Source: an uncultured Acidobacteriota bacterium (lineage in GTDB: Bacteria; Acidobacteriota; Vicinamibacteria; Vicinamibacterales; UBA2999). From it: a stretch of DNA of 64,000 bases. The notes under the pieces were generated by a model. It worked only from the letters and a program-made list of their open reading frames with translations. It was not told where the DNA came from and did no database searches. A program made the position numbers and the translations under genes. The stretch is from positions 1,383,733 to 1,447,732 of the forward strand of contig CAWEBU010000006.1 of the NCBI GenBank assembly GCA_963807405.1, written 5' to 3'. Within the stretch, counting starts at the first letter, position 1. The number at the start of each line of letters is the position of its first letter. Shown here piece by piece: positions 1 through 9,075 of the stretch.

Positions 1-462
1 CGGGCCGCGCCCGGCCATCACGCCGGCGTAGTCGTCGGGGTGGAGGCGGATGCTGGCGGTGGCGATATCGGCCAGGCGGTCGAGGGCCACGCGGGCCATG
101 GCGAGCAGGAGATCGCGGTCGAGCGAGACCTCCCGCTGTACCACCTTGCCGGCGATGGCGAGCGACAGCTCGACGACTTCGCGCTCGGTGCGGCGGATGA
201 GGTCGGCGCGCAGGGACTGGAGGTCGTCGAGCGTGTGTGCCAGGCGCTGCAGCGTGGCTTCGGCCCTCGACGCGGCGGCCTCGGCGCCGGCGCGTTCGCC
301 CTGGGCATAGCCTTTGGTGAACGCTTCCCGCTCGAGCGCCGCCAGGTCCTGCGACGGCACGGCGCCGGTGGCCGGGCGGTGGCCCGCCTCGCCGTAGGCC
401 GCCGCATGCGACACCTCGCCGTGCGGGCCGCCCCAGGCGAAGCGCTCCACCCGATCCGGCAC
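1..462 (-). CDS. fliH: flagellar assembly protein FliH, 3' end cut by window edge
   Basis: Not in the ORF track because there is no stop in the window. Manual minus-strand translation from GTG at 462 gives VPDRVERFAWGGPHGE...LEREAFTKGYAQGERAG...ELSLAIAGKVVQREVSLDRDLLLAMARVAL, which is typical FliH. It lies directly downstream of fliG. The start is uncertain. Confidence 0.75.
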   Translation of the reverse strand, partial: MPDRVERFAWGGPHGEVSHAAAYGEAGHRPATGAVPSQDLAALEREAFTKGYAQGERAGAEAAASRAEATLQRLAHTLDDLQSLRADLIRRTEREVVELSLAIAGKVVQREVSLDRDLLLAMARVALDRLADIATASIRLHPDDYAGVMAGRGP

Positions 463-478
463 CGCGACGCGATTGGCC

Positions 479-1492
479 CTAAACGACATACGGCTCCCCT
501 GCTCCGGCGCCGGTCGTGATGACGCCTTCTTCCTCGAGCTTGCGGGCGATGCTGACGACTTCCTGCTGCGCCTTCTCGACATCACGCAGGCGCACGGCCC
601 CCATGATCTCCATCTCTTCCTTGAGCATCTCGCCGGCGCGCTTCGACATGTTGTTGAAGAAGCGGTCGCGGATCTCGGCGCTCGAGCCCTTGAGCGCCAC
701 CGTCAGCGACTTCTTGTCGGCGCGGTTGATGAGCTCGCGAATGCCGTTGTCCTCGACCGACGCCAGATCGTCGAACACGAACATGAGATTGCGGATCTGG
801 ACGGCCAGATCCTGCGACCGCTCCTCGACCAGCTCGAGGGCGCGCTGGCTCATGCCGCGCTCCATGCGGTTGAAGAGCTCGGCCACGGCCTTGACGCCGC
901 CCTGCTGTTCGCGGGTCGGGCCGCCGAGGGCCTTCAAGCGCTGCTCGATCACGCTCGAGATGCGCTCGATGACCTCGGGCAGGACCTCCTCGATGTTGGC
1001 CATGCGCACGATGACGTCGGTCTGCATCTCGTCGGGCAGCTGCGAGACGAGCTGCGCGGCGCTGTTGGCGTTGAGGCGCGCGAGGATGACGGCGATGGTC
1101 TGCGGGTGTTCGCCGAGCAGGAACTTCGAGAGCTGCTGCGGGTTGGCCTTCTCGAGCGAGGCGAACCCGGCCGTCGCCTTGAACGAGGTCACGACGCGGT
1201 CGATGATCCGCCGCGCTGCTTCCGGTCCGACCGACTGTTCGAGGAGGCGCCGTGCCTGGTCGACGCTGCCGGTGGCGATCTGATCGGCGGCCTCGGTCAT
1301 GTCGCGGAACTCGGCCAGCACCGCTTCGCCGACGTCCGGCGGCACCTTGCCGGCTGCCGCCACCTCCCGCGCCAGGGCCTCGACCTCGTGTTCCTGCAGG
1401 AACTTGAAGACTTCGGCCGAACGTCCCTCGCCGAGGGCGAGCATCAGGATGGCGGCCTTACGCGCGCCGGTCAACGTCTGGGTGGCGGCCAT
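479..1492 (-). CDS. fliG: flagellar motor switch protein FliG
   Basis: 337-aa ORF with family-typical sequence (KAAILMLALGEGRSAEVFKFL...; C-terminal MLKEEMEIMGAVRLRDVEKAQQEVV). Located between fliF and fliH. Confidence 0.95.
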   Translation of the reverse strand: MAATQTLTGARKAAILMLALGEGRSAEVFKFLQEHEVEALAREVAAAGKVPPDVGEAVLAEFRDMTEAADQIATGSVDQARRLLEQSVGPEAARRIIDRVVTSFKATAGFASLEKANPQQLSKFLLGEHPQTIAVILARLNANSAAQLVSQLPDEMQTDVIVRMANIEEVLPEVIERISSVIEQRLKALGGPTREQQGGVKAVAELFNRMERGMSQRALELVEERSQDLAVQIRNLMFVFDDLASVEDNGIRELINRADKKSLTVALKGSSAEIRDRFFNNMSKRAGEMLKEEMEIMGAVRLRDVEKAQQEVVSIARKLEEEGVITTGAGAGEPYVV

Positions 1493-1495
1493 GGC

Positions 1496-3166
1496 TTAAC
1501 GGTCTTCCTGGGACAGCATGGCGCGGACGAGCTTGGCGACGTGCTCGGGCTCCTGCTCCGCCTTGTCGGCGATGCTCTTGAGGGTCGAGACGCGCGGCAT
1601 GGCGCGGCCGGTGGCCGCCGCCTGCAGGTCCCCTTCGAGTTCGGCGACGGTGCGGCCACCGGCGAGGGCCGGCATGGTGCCGCCGCCAGCCGCGGCGAGG
1701 ACCGCGGTGCCCGGCATCGGACCGAGCGCCGCGCGCAGGATCGGGCGGATGACGGCCAGCAGCGCCACCAGCGCCAGCAGGCCGACCAGGGCCCACCGCA
1801 TCACGTCGCCCACCGACACGCCGAGCGTCGAGACGACCGTCGGCGAGACCTGCTTCCACCACGGGCCCACCGGCTCTTCGACCGTCACGGGCGCTTCCTC
1901 GAAGGCGATGTTCTCGACGGTCAGCAGGTCGCCGCGCTCGGTGTCGAGGCCGACCGAGGCCGCCACCAGCCCCTTGATGCGCTCCATCTCGGCTGCCTCG
2001 CGCGGCTTGTTCGTGGCCGGCTCGCCGTCGGCGCCAGGCGCCCGCAGGTCGTCGACGATGACCGCCACCGACAGGCGCTCGACCTTGCCGCCGGGCTCCA
2101 TCGTGTGACGGGTCTTCTTGCCGATCTCGTAGTTGATCGTCTCGCTCACGCGACCCGACGAGCCTTCGGCGCCGGCCACCTGGACGGCCTCCGGATTGGC
2201 GGTGCTCGCCTCGGGCGGCTGGTTGGCGCGCGCCCCGGCCACGCCGCCGGCGCGGCCCATCTTCGACGCCGACGACGCATTGGCGCTGGTGTCGGACGAG
2301 CTCTGGCGGCTTCGCACGACCGGCGTCTGGTCCCAGACTTCCTCGGTCTCCTCGGCGGTGTCGGCCGAGAAGCGCGCCGAGACGTTGACCCGCACGCGCC
2401 CGGGTCCGACCACCGGTTCCAGCAGGCCGACCACCTTGGTCGTCAGATCGCGCTCGAAGCGCTGCTGGTGCTCCATGTCGACGCCCGGCAGTTCGCCCTC
2501 GTCATTCGGCTTCGACAACGGCCGGCCGAAGGTGTCGACGATGACCACCGACTCCGGACGCAGCGATTCGACGGCCGAGGAGACCAGCCCGGCGATGCCG
2601 GCCACGGTCGACGGCGCCAGCGGCCGCGAGCTGCGCAGCTTCAGCACGACCGAGGCCTTGGCCTGCTGGGCCGATTCGGTGAACAGCGAGTCCTTGGCCA
2701 GGGCGATGTGCACGCGTGCGCTGGCCACGTCGCTGATGGTCGAGATGGTGCGCGCCAGCTCCCCTTCGAGGCCGCGCCGGTAGTTGACATGCTCCAGGAA
2801 CTCGGTCGTGCCGAAGGACGTGCGGTCGAAGATCTCGAAGCCGATGCGGCCGGCCATCGGCAGCCCCTGCGATGCGAAGTCGAGGCGCAGCTCGTCGACC
2901 TTGACCGCCGGCACGAGCAGCGTCGAGCCGCCGTTCTCGAGCAGGTAGGCGGTGTTGGCGGCCTTGAGCTTGGCGATGACGGCGTTGGCCGATTCCGGAT
3001 CGAGGTCGCGGTAGAGCACCGTGTAGGACGGCGTGCTCGCCCAGTAGGCCGAACCGGCAATCACGCCGACCACCGCCACGAACGCGGCGACCAGGCTTGC
3101 GATCTGGCCGGCCGAGAGCGTCGACTTGAGACGGTTGGCGTGCGCGAGGAGTTGCTGGGGGTTCAC
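1496..3166 (-). CDS. fliF: flagellar MS-ring protein FliF
   Basis: 556-aa ORF. N-terminal TM segment followed by YTVLYRDLDPESANAVIAKLKAANTAYLLENGGSTLLVP and GRIGFEIFD motifs. Its stop is 4 nt from the fliG start. Confidence 0.95.
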   Translation of the reverse strand: MNPQQLLAHANRLKSTLSAGQIASLVAAFVAVVGVIAGSAYWASTPSYTVLYRDLDPESANAVIAKLKAANTAYLLENGGSTLLVPAVKVDELRLDFASQGLPMAGRIGFEIFDRTSFGTTEFLEHVNYRRGLEGELARTISTISDVASARVHIALAKDSLFTESAQQAKASVVLKLRSSRPLAPSTVAGIAGLVSSAVESLRPESVVIVDTFGRPLSKPNDEGELPGVDMEHQQRFERDLTTKVVGLLEPVVGPGRVRVNVSARFSADTAEETEEVWDQTPVVRSRQSSSDTSANASSASKMGRAGGVAGARANQPPEASTANPEAVQVAGAEGSSGRVSETINYEIGKKTRHTMEPGGKVERLSVAVIVDDLRAPGADGEPATNKPREAAEMERIKGLVAASVGLDTERGDLLTVENIAFEEAPVTVEEPVGPWWKQVSPTVVSTLGVSVGDVMRWALVGLLALVALLAVIRPILRAALGPMPGTAVLAAAGGGTMPALAGGRTVAELEGDLQAAATGRAMPRVSTLKSIADKAEQEPEHVAKLVRAMLSQEDR

Positions 3167-3179
3167 GGATCAGTACGCC

Positions 3180-3473
3180 TCAGATAGGCATGCGCATCAG
3201 ATCCTGATACGCCTGGACGAGTTTGTTGCGGACCTGCACGGTGAGCTGCATGGCGACCTCGGCCTGCTGGATGGCCAGCATCGCCGTGTGCACGTCGCCG
3301 CTGCCGTCGGCCATGGCAGCGACCGCCTTGTTGGCTTCGCCGCCGCTCGACTCGACCGATTCGAGGAGCTTGGCGAGCGAGGCGCCGAAGTCGCCGCCTT
3401 CGGTCTCGGCGCCGCGGGTGCCGGACGCGGGGACCGCACCCGAGGTGCCGGTGGTGATGGAGGTGATGGCCAT
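3180..3473 (-). CDS. fliE: flagellar hook-basal body complex protein FliE
   Basis: 97-aa ORF with a C-terminal MLAIQQAEVAMQLTVQVRNKLVQAYQDLMRMPI signature. Synteny is flgB-flgC-fliE. Confidence 0.9.
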   Translation of the reverse strand: MAITSITTGTSGAVPASGTRGAETEGGDFGASLAKLLESVESSGGEANKAVAAMADGSGDVHTAMLAIQQAEVAMQLTVQVRNKLVQAYQDLMRMPI

Positions 3474-3475
3474 GG

Positions 3476-3901
3476 CTAGCGTCCGAGCTCCAGCGCCCGC
3501 TGGATGGTGTCGCGGATGAGATTGATGGCGGTCAGATTCGCCTGGTACGCTCGCGCGGCGCCCAGCATGTCGACCATCTCTTCGGGCACATCGACGTTCG
3601 GCATCTCGACGAAGCCTTCCCCGTCGGCATCGGGATGCGAGGGTTCGTAGCGGCGGCGGAAGGCGGTCTGGTCTTCGACGATGCCGTCCACCGTGACGCC
3701 GATGGCCTCGGCCCGGCCCAGCGCACCGCTGAAGGGCTCGACCGGCTCCGACTGCAGCACCACGTCGCGCCGGCGGTAAGGCCGGCCGTCGGGCCCGCGG
3801 GTCGACTCGGCGTTGGCGATGTTCGAGACGGCGACTTCGATCCGGGCGCGCTGCGCGTCGAGGGCGCTCGCGCTGGCGGCAATGGCGTTGGACAGCGGCA
3901 T
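3476..3901 (-). CDS. flgC: flagellar basal-body rod protein FlgC
   Basis: 141-aa ORF with rod-protein N-terminal motif SNIANAESTRGPDG..YRRRDVV and C-terminal MVDMLGAARAYQANLTAI. Confidence 0.93.
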   Translation of the reverse strand: MPLSNAIAASASALDAQRARIEVAVSNIANAESTRGPDGRPYRRRDVVLQSEPVEPFSGALGRAEAIGVTVDGIVEDQTAFRRRYEPSHPDADGEGFVEMPNVDVPEEMVDMLGAARAYQANLTAINLIRDTIQRALELGR

Positions 3902-3914
3902 GGCGGAACCCTAC

Positions 3915-4331
3915 CTACCTTCCCTCGTTGATGGCGTAGCGCACGAGGCGGAACTTGGCGGTCAGTGCGGTCTGGGCGCGGCTGAAGTCGCCGGCGGCGC
4001 GGGTCAGGGCGAGCAGCTCGCGATCGACCTGCACGTTGTTGCCGTCGCGGCGCGACTGGAGGCCCGCGGTTTCGCTGGTCTGCTGGGAGTCCGGGGTGGG
4101 ACCGCCCAGATGGCGGTCGCTCGTGCGACGCATCGCGTTCAACTGGCTGTCGAGGGCGTCGTCGAACGAGACGTCGCGCGTACGGTAGCCGGGCGTCTCC
4201 AGGTTCGCCAGGTTGCTTGCCGCCACCGTCTGCTTGGCGACGGCGTTGTTCAACTGGCGGCCGAGGGCCGCGATGATGGCGGCGTCGCTGATCTCAGGCA
4301 CGCCTCCGCCTTCAGCAAGACTGGTGCCCAC
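3915..4331 (-). CDS. flgB: flagellar basal-body rod protein FlgB
   Basis: 138-aa ORF with VAASNLANLETPGYRTRDVSFDD and C-terminal QTALTAKFRLVRYAI. The listed start is GTG; the true start may be further downstream. Confidence 0.88.
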   Translation of the reverse strand: MGTSLAEGGGVPEISDAAIIAALGRQLNNAVAKQTVAASNLANLETPGYRTRDVSFDDALDSQLNAMRRTSDRHLGGPTPDSQQTSETAGLQSRRDGNNVQVDRELLALTRAAGDFSRAQTALTAKFRLVRYAINEGR

Positions 4332-4398
4332 CGCGAGCGGTCACGACCGATCGGCGTTTCGTGCAGTTCTGTATCGCCCCTGTCGGCGAACCGACACA

Positions 4399-4959
4399 CT
4401 ATCGTCGGTGCGACGACGCCAACTGGTGGGTCGACAGCGACGACTCGATACGGCCGAGCGCGGATTCGATGCGCGTGAGGCGATCGCCGAGCTCGTTCGA
4501 CGACACTCCCGGACGGCCGGGCGACGGCGCCACCTCGGCCTGGAGCAGGGCGCGGTTCTCGCGCTCGAGCGACTCGCGGTCGACGATCCGGCGCAGGATG
4601 ACGTCGAGCTGTCCGAGCGAGAACGGCTTGGTGAGATAGTCGTAGGCGCCGAGCCGCACCGCCGCGATGGCCGAATCGAGGGAGGCATAGCCGGTCACGA
4701 TGACGACGTAACTGGAGGGATTGGCCTCGCGGGCGGCCTTGAGCACGGCCAGCCCGTCGGCGCCGGGCAGGCTCAGATCCGTCACCACCACCTTGAAGCG
4801 GCCGTTCGAGCGCTCGAGGGCGGCGATCGCGCTGCGTCCGTCGGTGGCCCCCGTCACACTCATGCCCAGCTTGCTGAAGTACGAGGAGATCACCTCGCGG
4901 ACGGCTTCGTCGTCGTCGACGACCAGGATTTCGAGTCTCAAGAACGTTTCTGGCGGCAT
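4399..4959 (-). CDS. CheY-like response regulator with C-terminal coiled-coil tail
   Basis: 186 aa with a receiver domain (LEILVVDDDEAV..., VVVTDLSLPGADG, VVIVTGYAS, YDYLTKPF). No DNA-binding domain is recognisable. Lies upstream of and co-oriented with flgB. Confidence 0.85.
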   Translation of the reverse strand: MPPETFLRLEILVVDDDEAVREVISSYFSKLGMSVTGATDGRSAIAALERSNGRFKVVVTDLSLPGADGLAVLKAAREANPSSYVVIVTGYASLDSAIAAVRLGAYDYLTKPFSLGQLDVILRRIVDRESLERENRALLQAEVAPSPGRPGVSSNELGDRLTRIESALGRIESSLSTHQLASSHRR

Positions 4960-5010
4960 GGGTGTTGCTGTCCTCGCGTCTCGGTAATCGGCAATGTGCG
5001 GGAAAGCTGT

Positions 5011-5061
5011 GGTCGCGACCCGTTGCGACCGAGAAGTTCTAGAGCAGAGTGAGAAGTTCTA
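5011..5061. promoter_or_regulatory. candidate operator cluster in the divergent RR / sigma54-activator intergenic region
   Basis: Perfect 10-bp palindrome GGTCGCGACC (5011-5020) with a further GCGACC half-site at 5025-5030. It is followed by two exact copies of GAGAAGTTCTA (5031-5041 and 5051-5061), 20 bp apart. Confidence 0.3.
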
Positions 5062-5084
5062 AGCCGTCGCTGTCCCGAGCCACC

Positions 5085-6488
5085 ATGACACAAGCACCGT
5101 CCCCCACCGTTCTCGTCGTCGAAGATGAAGCCGCCCTGCGCGAGATCATCGCCGAATCCCTTGAGGCTCAAGGGTTTGCCGTCGCCCAGGCGGCCGACGC
5201 CGCCGATGCCACCGCGCGTCTGGCCGGCTTCGCCTACGACGCCCTGGTCGTCGATCTGCGCCTGCCCGATGCCGACGGCATGGACGTCCTCGACGCCGCC
5301 CTCGCCCGCTATCCGGAGATCAAGGCGGTCGTGATGACCGGTTTCGGCGGGGTCGAGGAGGCGGTGCGGGCGATCAAGCGCGGCGCCATCGACTTCCTGA
5401 TCAAGCCGTTCCAGCTCGGCCAGCTGGCCCACGTGCTGCACGCCGGCATCACCGAGCGCCGTCTGCGCATCGAGAATGCGCAATTGCGCGCGCAGTTGCA
5501 CGACCGCTTCAGCTTCGACAGCGTGGTCGGCCGCAGCGCGGCGATGCAGCACGTCTTCTCCACCCTCGAGCTGGTGTCGCCGATGAACAGCGGCGTGCTC
5601 ATCCAGGGCGAGACGGGCACCGGCAAGGAGCTCATCGCGCGCACCATCCACTTCAACAGCCCGCGCCGCGACCAGCACTTCGTGGCGTTCAACTCGGCCG
5701 CCATTCCCGAGAGCCTGGCCGAGGCGGAACTGTTCGGTCACGTCAAGGGCGCCTTCACCGGCGCCGTCAACGCGCGCGTCGGGCGCTTCGAGCTGGCCCA
5801 CAAGGGCACCCTGTTCATCGACGAGGTGGCCTCGATGTCCCTGGCGCTGCAGGCCAAGCTGCTGCGCGCCCTCCAGGAGCGCGAGGTCGAGCGCGTCGGC
5901 GAGTCCAAGGCGTTCAAGTTCGACATCCGCGTCATCGCCGCCAGCAACACCGACCTGCGCAAGCTGGTCAAGGAAGGCACCTTCCGCGAGGACCTCTTCT
6001 ACCGCCTCAACGTGGTGCCGATCACCCTGCCGCCGCTGCGCAACCGCCGCGAGGACGTCGCGCTCATCGCCCAGCACTTCCTGCTCAAGTCGTGCAAGAG
6101 CAACGGCCTCACCGGCAAGGTGCTCGGGCAGGCGACCCTGCGCGCGCTGATGGACCACGCGTGGCCGGGCAACATCCGCCAGCTCGAGAACGCCATCGAG
6201 CACGCGGTGGCCATGAGCGGCGGCGAGCGCGAGATCGCGCCGTCGATGCTGCCCGAGGACGTGCGGCTGCCCAGCCAGTCGTCGATGCTGACGCCGGTCA
6301 CCATCCCGGACGAGGGTCTGGACTTCACCTCGGTCATGTCGCAGCTCGAACGGGAGTTGCTGCGCCGCGGCCTCGAGAAGACCGGTGGCAACAAGCGTCA
6401 GGCGGCCCGGCTGCTCAACCTGAGCCGGACGACCCTCATCGACAAGCTGAACCGCCTGGGCGGCGACCACGCCGTGTCGGCGGCCTAG
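5085..6488 (+). CDS. sigma54-dependent response regulator (NtrC/FleR-FlrC class)
   Basis: Receiver domain (TVLVVEDEAALRE, LVVDLRLPDADG). AAA+ sigma54-interaction domain (GETGTGKELIAR, GAFTGA motif in HVKGAFTGAV, ESKAFKFDIRVIAASN). C-terminal Fis-type HTH (GGNKRQAARLLNLSRTTLIDKL). An ATG at 5085 is preferred; the ORF-track GTG at 5049 lies inside the repeat region. Confidence 0.92.
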   Translation: MTQAPSPTVLVVEDEAALREIIAESLEAQGFAVAQAADAADATARLAGFAYDALVVDLRLPDADGMDVLDAALARYPEIKAVVMTGFGGVEEAVRAIKRGAIDFLIKPFQLGQLAHVLHAGITERRLRIENAQLRAQLHDRFSFDSVVGRSAAMQHVFSTLELVSPMNSGVLIQGETGTGKELIARTIHFNSPRRDQHFVAFNSAAIPESLAEAELFGHVKGAFTGAVNARVGRFELAHKGTLFIDEVASMSLALQAKLLRALQEREVERVGESKAFKFDIRVIAASNTDLRKLVKEGTFREDLFYRLNVVPITLPPLRNRREDVALIAQHFLLKSCKSNGLTGKVLGQATLRALMDHAWPGNIRQLENAIEHAVAMSGGEREIAPSMLPEDVRLPSQSSMLTPVTIPDEGLDFTSVMSQLERELLRRGLEKTGGNKRQAARLLNLSRTTLIDKLNRLGGDHAVSAA

Positions 6489-6496
6489 GGGTCCGG

Positions 6497-7342
6497 CTAG
6501 CGCGCCAGCGCCGGCACGGTCACGACCGCGCGGGTGCCGCCACTCGGCGGCGCCTCGACTTCGAGCGTGCCGCCGGCGGCTTCCACCAGCCGGCGCGACA
6601 CCAGCAGGCCCAGGCCCAGGGTCCCGGCCGCGTCGCCGGCGACCGGCGGCCAGGCGAACGCCGTCGTGCGGGCCGCCTCGGACAGGCCGGTGCCGTTGTC
6701 TTCGACCTCGATGACGAGTGCCGCGCCGCCGCGGACCGTGATCCGGACGACGCCGCCGGGCCGCCCGACCAGTGCCTGCTCGGCATTCAGCACCAGATTC
6801 AGCACCACCTGCTGCAAGTGGTGACGGGCCATCGTGCACGCCCCGTCGTCGCCTTCGGCCGAGGCGGTGGCGCGCAGCTTCTTGAAGGCGTGCTGGCGGA
6901 ACGCCAGCGCCTGCTGCGCCAGGGCCAGGGGCCGGGCCCCGTCAGCCGCGGCGCTGTCGGCGCGGACGAAGGCCATCAGTTCGTGCAGGACCGCCGTCGC
7001 CGCCACCGACTGCCCGACGATCGACGAGGTGCGCTTCTCGACGGCGGCCGGCGTCGGATCCAGCGCCAGCACCTCGGCGGCGCCGCTCACCACCTGGAGG
7101 ATGTTGTTGACGTCGTGAACGGAGGTGGCGAGGAGGCGGACGGCGAGCGACTGCCGATTGACAGCGGCCAGCCACGCGGTGGCAGGCTCGCCGGTTCCCC
7201 GGGGGGCGGTGGCGGGGCCACGGTCACGGTGGACACGGTAGCACGACTGGCGCGGCGGCGCGGCGGCGCGGCAGCCGCGCCGGCCGCGGGCCGGCGGCGC
7301 GGTCGCGCGCTCCCCGGCGCCGGCCGCAAATCTTGTGTGCAA
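6497..7342 (-). CDS. small cytoplasmic histidine kinase without recognisable sensor domain
   Basis: H-box LLATSVHDVNNILQVV and HATPase_c motifs (NLVLNAEQAL, EDNGTGL, GLGLLVSRRLVE). The only in-frame start is TTG at 7342, which adds about 70 aa of Arg/Pro/Ala-rich sequence. The N-terminus is therefore doubtful. Confidence 0.7.
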   Translation of the reverse strand: MHTRFAAGAGERATAPPARGRRGCRAAAPPRQSCYRVHRDRGPATAPRGTGEPATAWLAAVNRQSLAVRLLATSVHDVNNILQVVSGAAEVLALDPTPAAVEKRTSSIVGQSVAATAVLHELMAFVRADSAAADGARPLALAQQALAFRQHAFKKLRATASAEGDDGACTMARHHLQQVVLNLVLNAEQALVGRPGGVVRITVRGGAALVIEVEDNGTGLSEAARTTAFAWPPVAGDAAGTLGLGLLVSRRLVEAAGGTLEVEAPPSGGTRAVVTVPALAR

Positions 7343-7528
7343 TGGCTGCCGGAATGTGTAGCATCGGGCAACTTCGGATGAGGTGCGTACCCCACTGACG
7401 AGGACTTCGAGATCCCTTCCACTCGGTCCTCATCCTTGATGCTCGGAGGCGTCTCTCGATGGGTGAGCTGAGGAAGGAATCCCCCGCAGGCCCGGAGACC
7501 GGCCAGCTGTTCTCGACCGCGCCGACGG

Positions 7529-9013
7529 ATGGCACGGGCCGGCCGCACCGCCTCCTTCCAGGCTCTGCTGAACGCGGCGCCCCTGCCGATGATCGTCAGT
7601 GCCGCCGACAGCGGCGAGGTGGTGGCCGTCAACGCCGTGGCCGAGGCGCTGTCGGGCTTCCGCAGCGACGAACTTCGCGGCCGCACCGTCTTCGAATTCG
7701 GCCACTACCGCGATGCCGGCGACCGCGCCGCTCAGATCGCCCTGGTGGACGCCGCGCCCGCGACCGGCCGCGAGGTGCGCTTCCGCAGCGCCCGCGGAGA
7801 GGACCTGCGGCTGCTGGCTCACACGAGCCGGCTCGTCCTCGATGGCCGCGACTGCTTCCTCACCACCCTCACCAACGTCACCGCGCTCAGCCGGGTCGAT
7901 GACGGGCTGCTGGCGGCTCAGCGCATGGAGGTCATCGGCCGTCTCTCGGGCGGGGTCGCCCACGAGTTCAACAACCTGCTGACGGTCATGCAGGGCCATC
8001 TCGACGCGATGACCGACGACCGGACGCTGCCGGCGCCGCTGCGCGCCAGGGTCGAGGCGCTCGGTCAGTCCGTCGCGCAGGCCACGCGCATCACGTCGGG
8101 GCTGCTGACCTTCTCCGGACGCAACCCCAGCGCGACCGCCATCGTCGACCTGAATACCGCACTCGACGGCCTCCGCTCGCTCATCGCCGGCACGCTCGGC
8201 GAGACGGTCGAGGTGCGCTGGCACCTGGCCGCGTCGCCGGTGACGGCGAACCTGGCCCACGAGCACGTGGCGCAGGTCGTCCTCAACCTGGCCTTGAACG
8301 CGCGCGAGGCGATGCCGGAGGGTGGCACGGTGGTCATCACCACGGACTACGTGGCCCAGGGCGCGGCCGGCGATGACGTCCCCGGCGCCGGGCCATGGGT
8401 GCGGCTCCAGATCGACGACACCGGACACGGGATGGCGGCGGACGTCCGGCACCGCGCGTTCGAGCCGTTCTACACGACCAAGGCGCCCGGGCGCGGCACC
8501 GGCCTCGGCCTGTCCATCTGCCGGGGGATCGCCGAACAGGCCGGGGGACACATCGCCCTGCGCTCGACGCCGGGGCAGGGCACCAGCGTGCGGCTCTACC
8601 TCCCGTGGGCGCCAGCGGTGGCGGCGCCCGTCACTGCCCCGCCGATCGCGCGGCCTGTCGGGCGCACCGTGCTGCTCGTCGAGGACGAGCCCGGCGTGCG
8701 GCGCGTCGTCGGGGAGATCCTGCGCCGCGCCGGCCATACCGTGCACGAGGCCGACGGCCTGACCAGCGCCGAGGCCCGCCTGGCCGAGCTGACGGCCCTC
8801 GATCTGCTGCTGACCGACGTCGTGCTCCCGGGCGGCAACGGGCTCGAAGTGGCCCGCCGGGTGCTGACCCGCTTTCCGGAACTGCGCGTGCTGTTCATGT
8901 CCGGCTACTCCGAGCATGTCTTCGCCGGCGGCGAAGCCGTGGAGCACCTGCTGCAGAAGCCCTTCAGCGCCGCGACCCTCGTCACCACCGTGGAGCGGAT
9001 CTTCTCGTCCTAG
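7529..9013 (+). CDS. PAS-containing hybrid sensor histidine kinase / response regulator
   Basis: 494 aa. N-terminal PAS-like region, H-box GRLSGGVAHEFNNLLTVMQGH, HATPase (DTGHGM, GTGLGLSICRGI) and C-terminal receiver (TVLLVEDEPGVRR...LLLTDVVLPGGNG...LQKPF). Confidence 0.88.
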   Translation: MARAGRTASFQALLNAAPLPMIVSAADSGEVVAVNAVAEALSGFRSDELRGRTVFEFGHYRDAGDRAAQIALVDAAPATGREVRFRSARGEDLRLLAHTSRLVLDGRDCFLTTLTNVTALSRVDDGLLAAQRMEVIGRLSGGVAHEFNNLLTVMQGHLDAMTDDRTLPAPLRARVEALGQSVAQATRITSGLLTFSGRNPSATAIVDLNTALDGLRSLIAGTLGETVEVRWHLAASPVTANLAHEHVAQVVLNLALNAREAMPEGGTVVITTDYVAQGAAGDDVPGAGPWVRLQIDDTGHGMAADVRHRAFEPFYTTKAPGRGTGLGLSICRGIAEQAGGHIALRSTPGQGTSVRLYLPWAPAVAAPVTAPPIARPVGRTVLLVEDEPGVRRVVGEILRRAGHTVHEADGLTSAEARLAELTALDLLLTDVVLPGGNGLEVARRVLTRFPELRVLFMSGYSEHVFAGGEAVEHLLQKPFSAATLVTTVERIFSS

Positions 9014-9075
9014 AGGGCGGGGCGCGACCGCGGCGGCATTCAAGAGGGGCCGGATGCCGCCGATGTCCTTTTCGT

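Noticed and set aside
473-3187. 904-aa plus-strand ORF covering fliG and fliF.
   Set aside because: It is antisense to two unmistakable flagellar genes. Its composition (Ala/Arg/Gly/Asp/Leu/His-rich with no motifs) is typical of spurious long ORFs in high-GC DNA.
5010-5026. TGG...TTGC considered as a sigma54 -24/-12 promoter upstream of the activator gene.
   Set aside because: The GG and GC elements are separated by 12 nt rather than the strictly conserved 10 nt. No better GG-N10-GC match was found upstream of flgB (4332-4398) either.
8395-9075. N-terminal extension of the EAL-HDOD ORF.
   Set aside because: It overlaps the hybrid kinase in another frame and is Arg/Pro/Ala-rich. The conserved EAL start (ARQPILD) follows ATG 9076.
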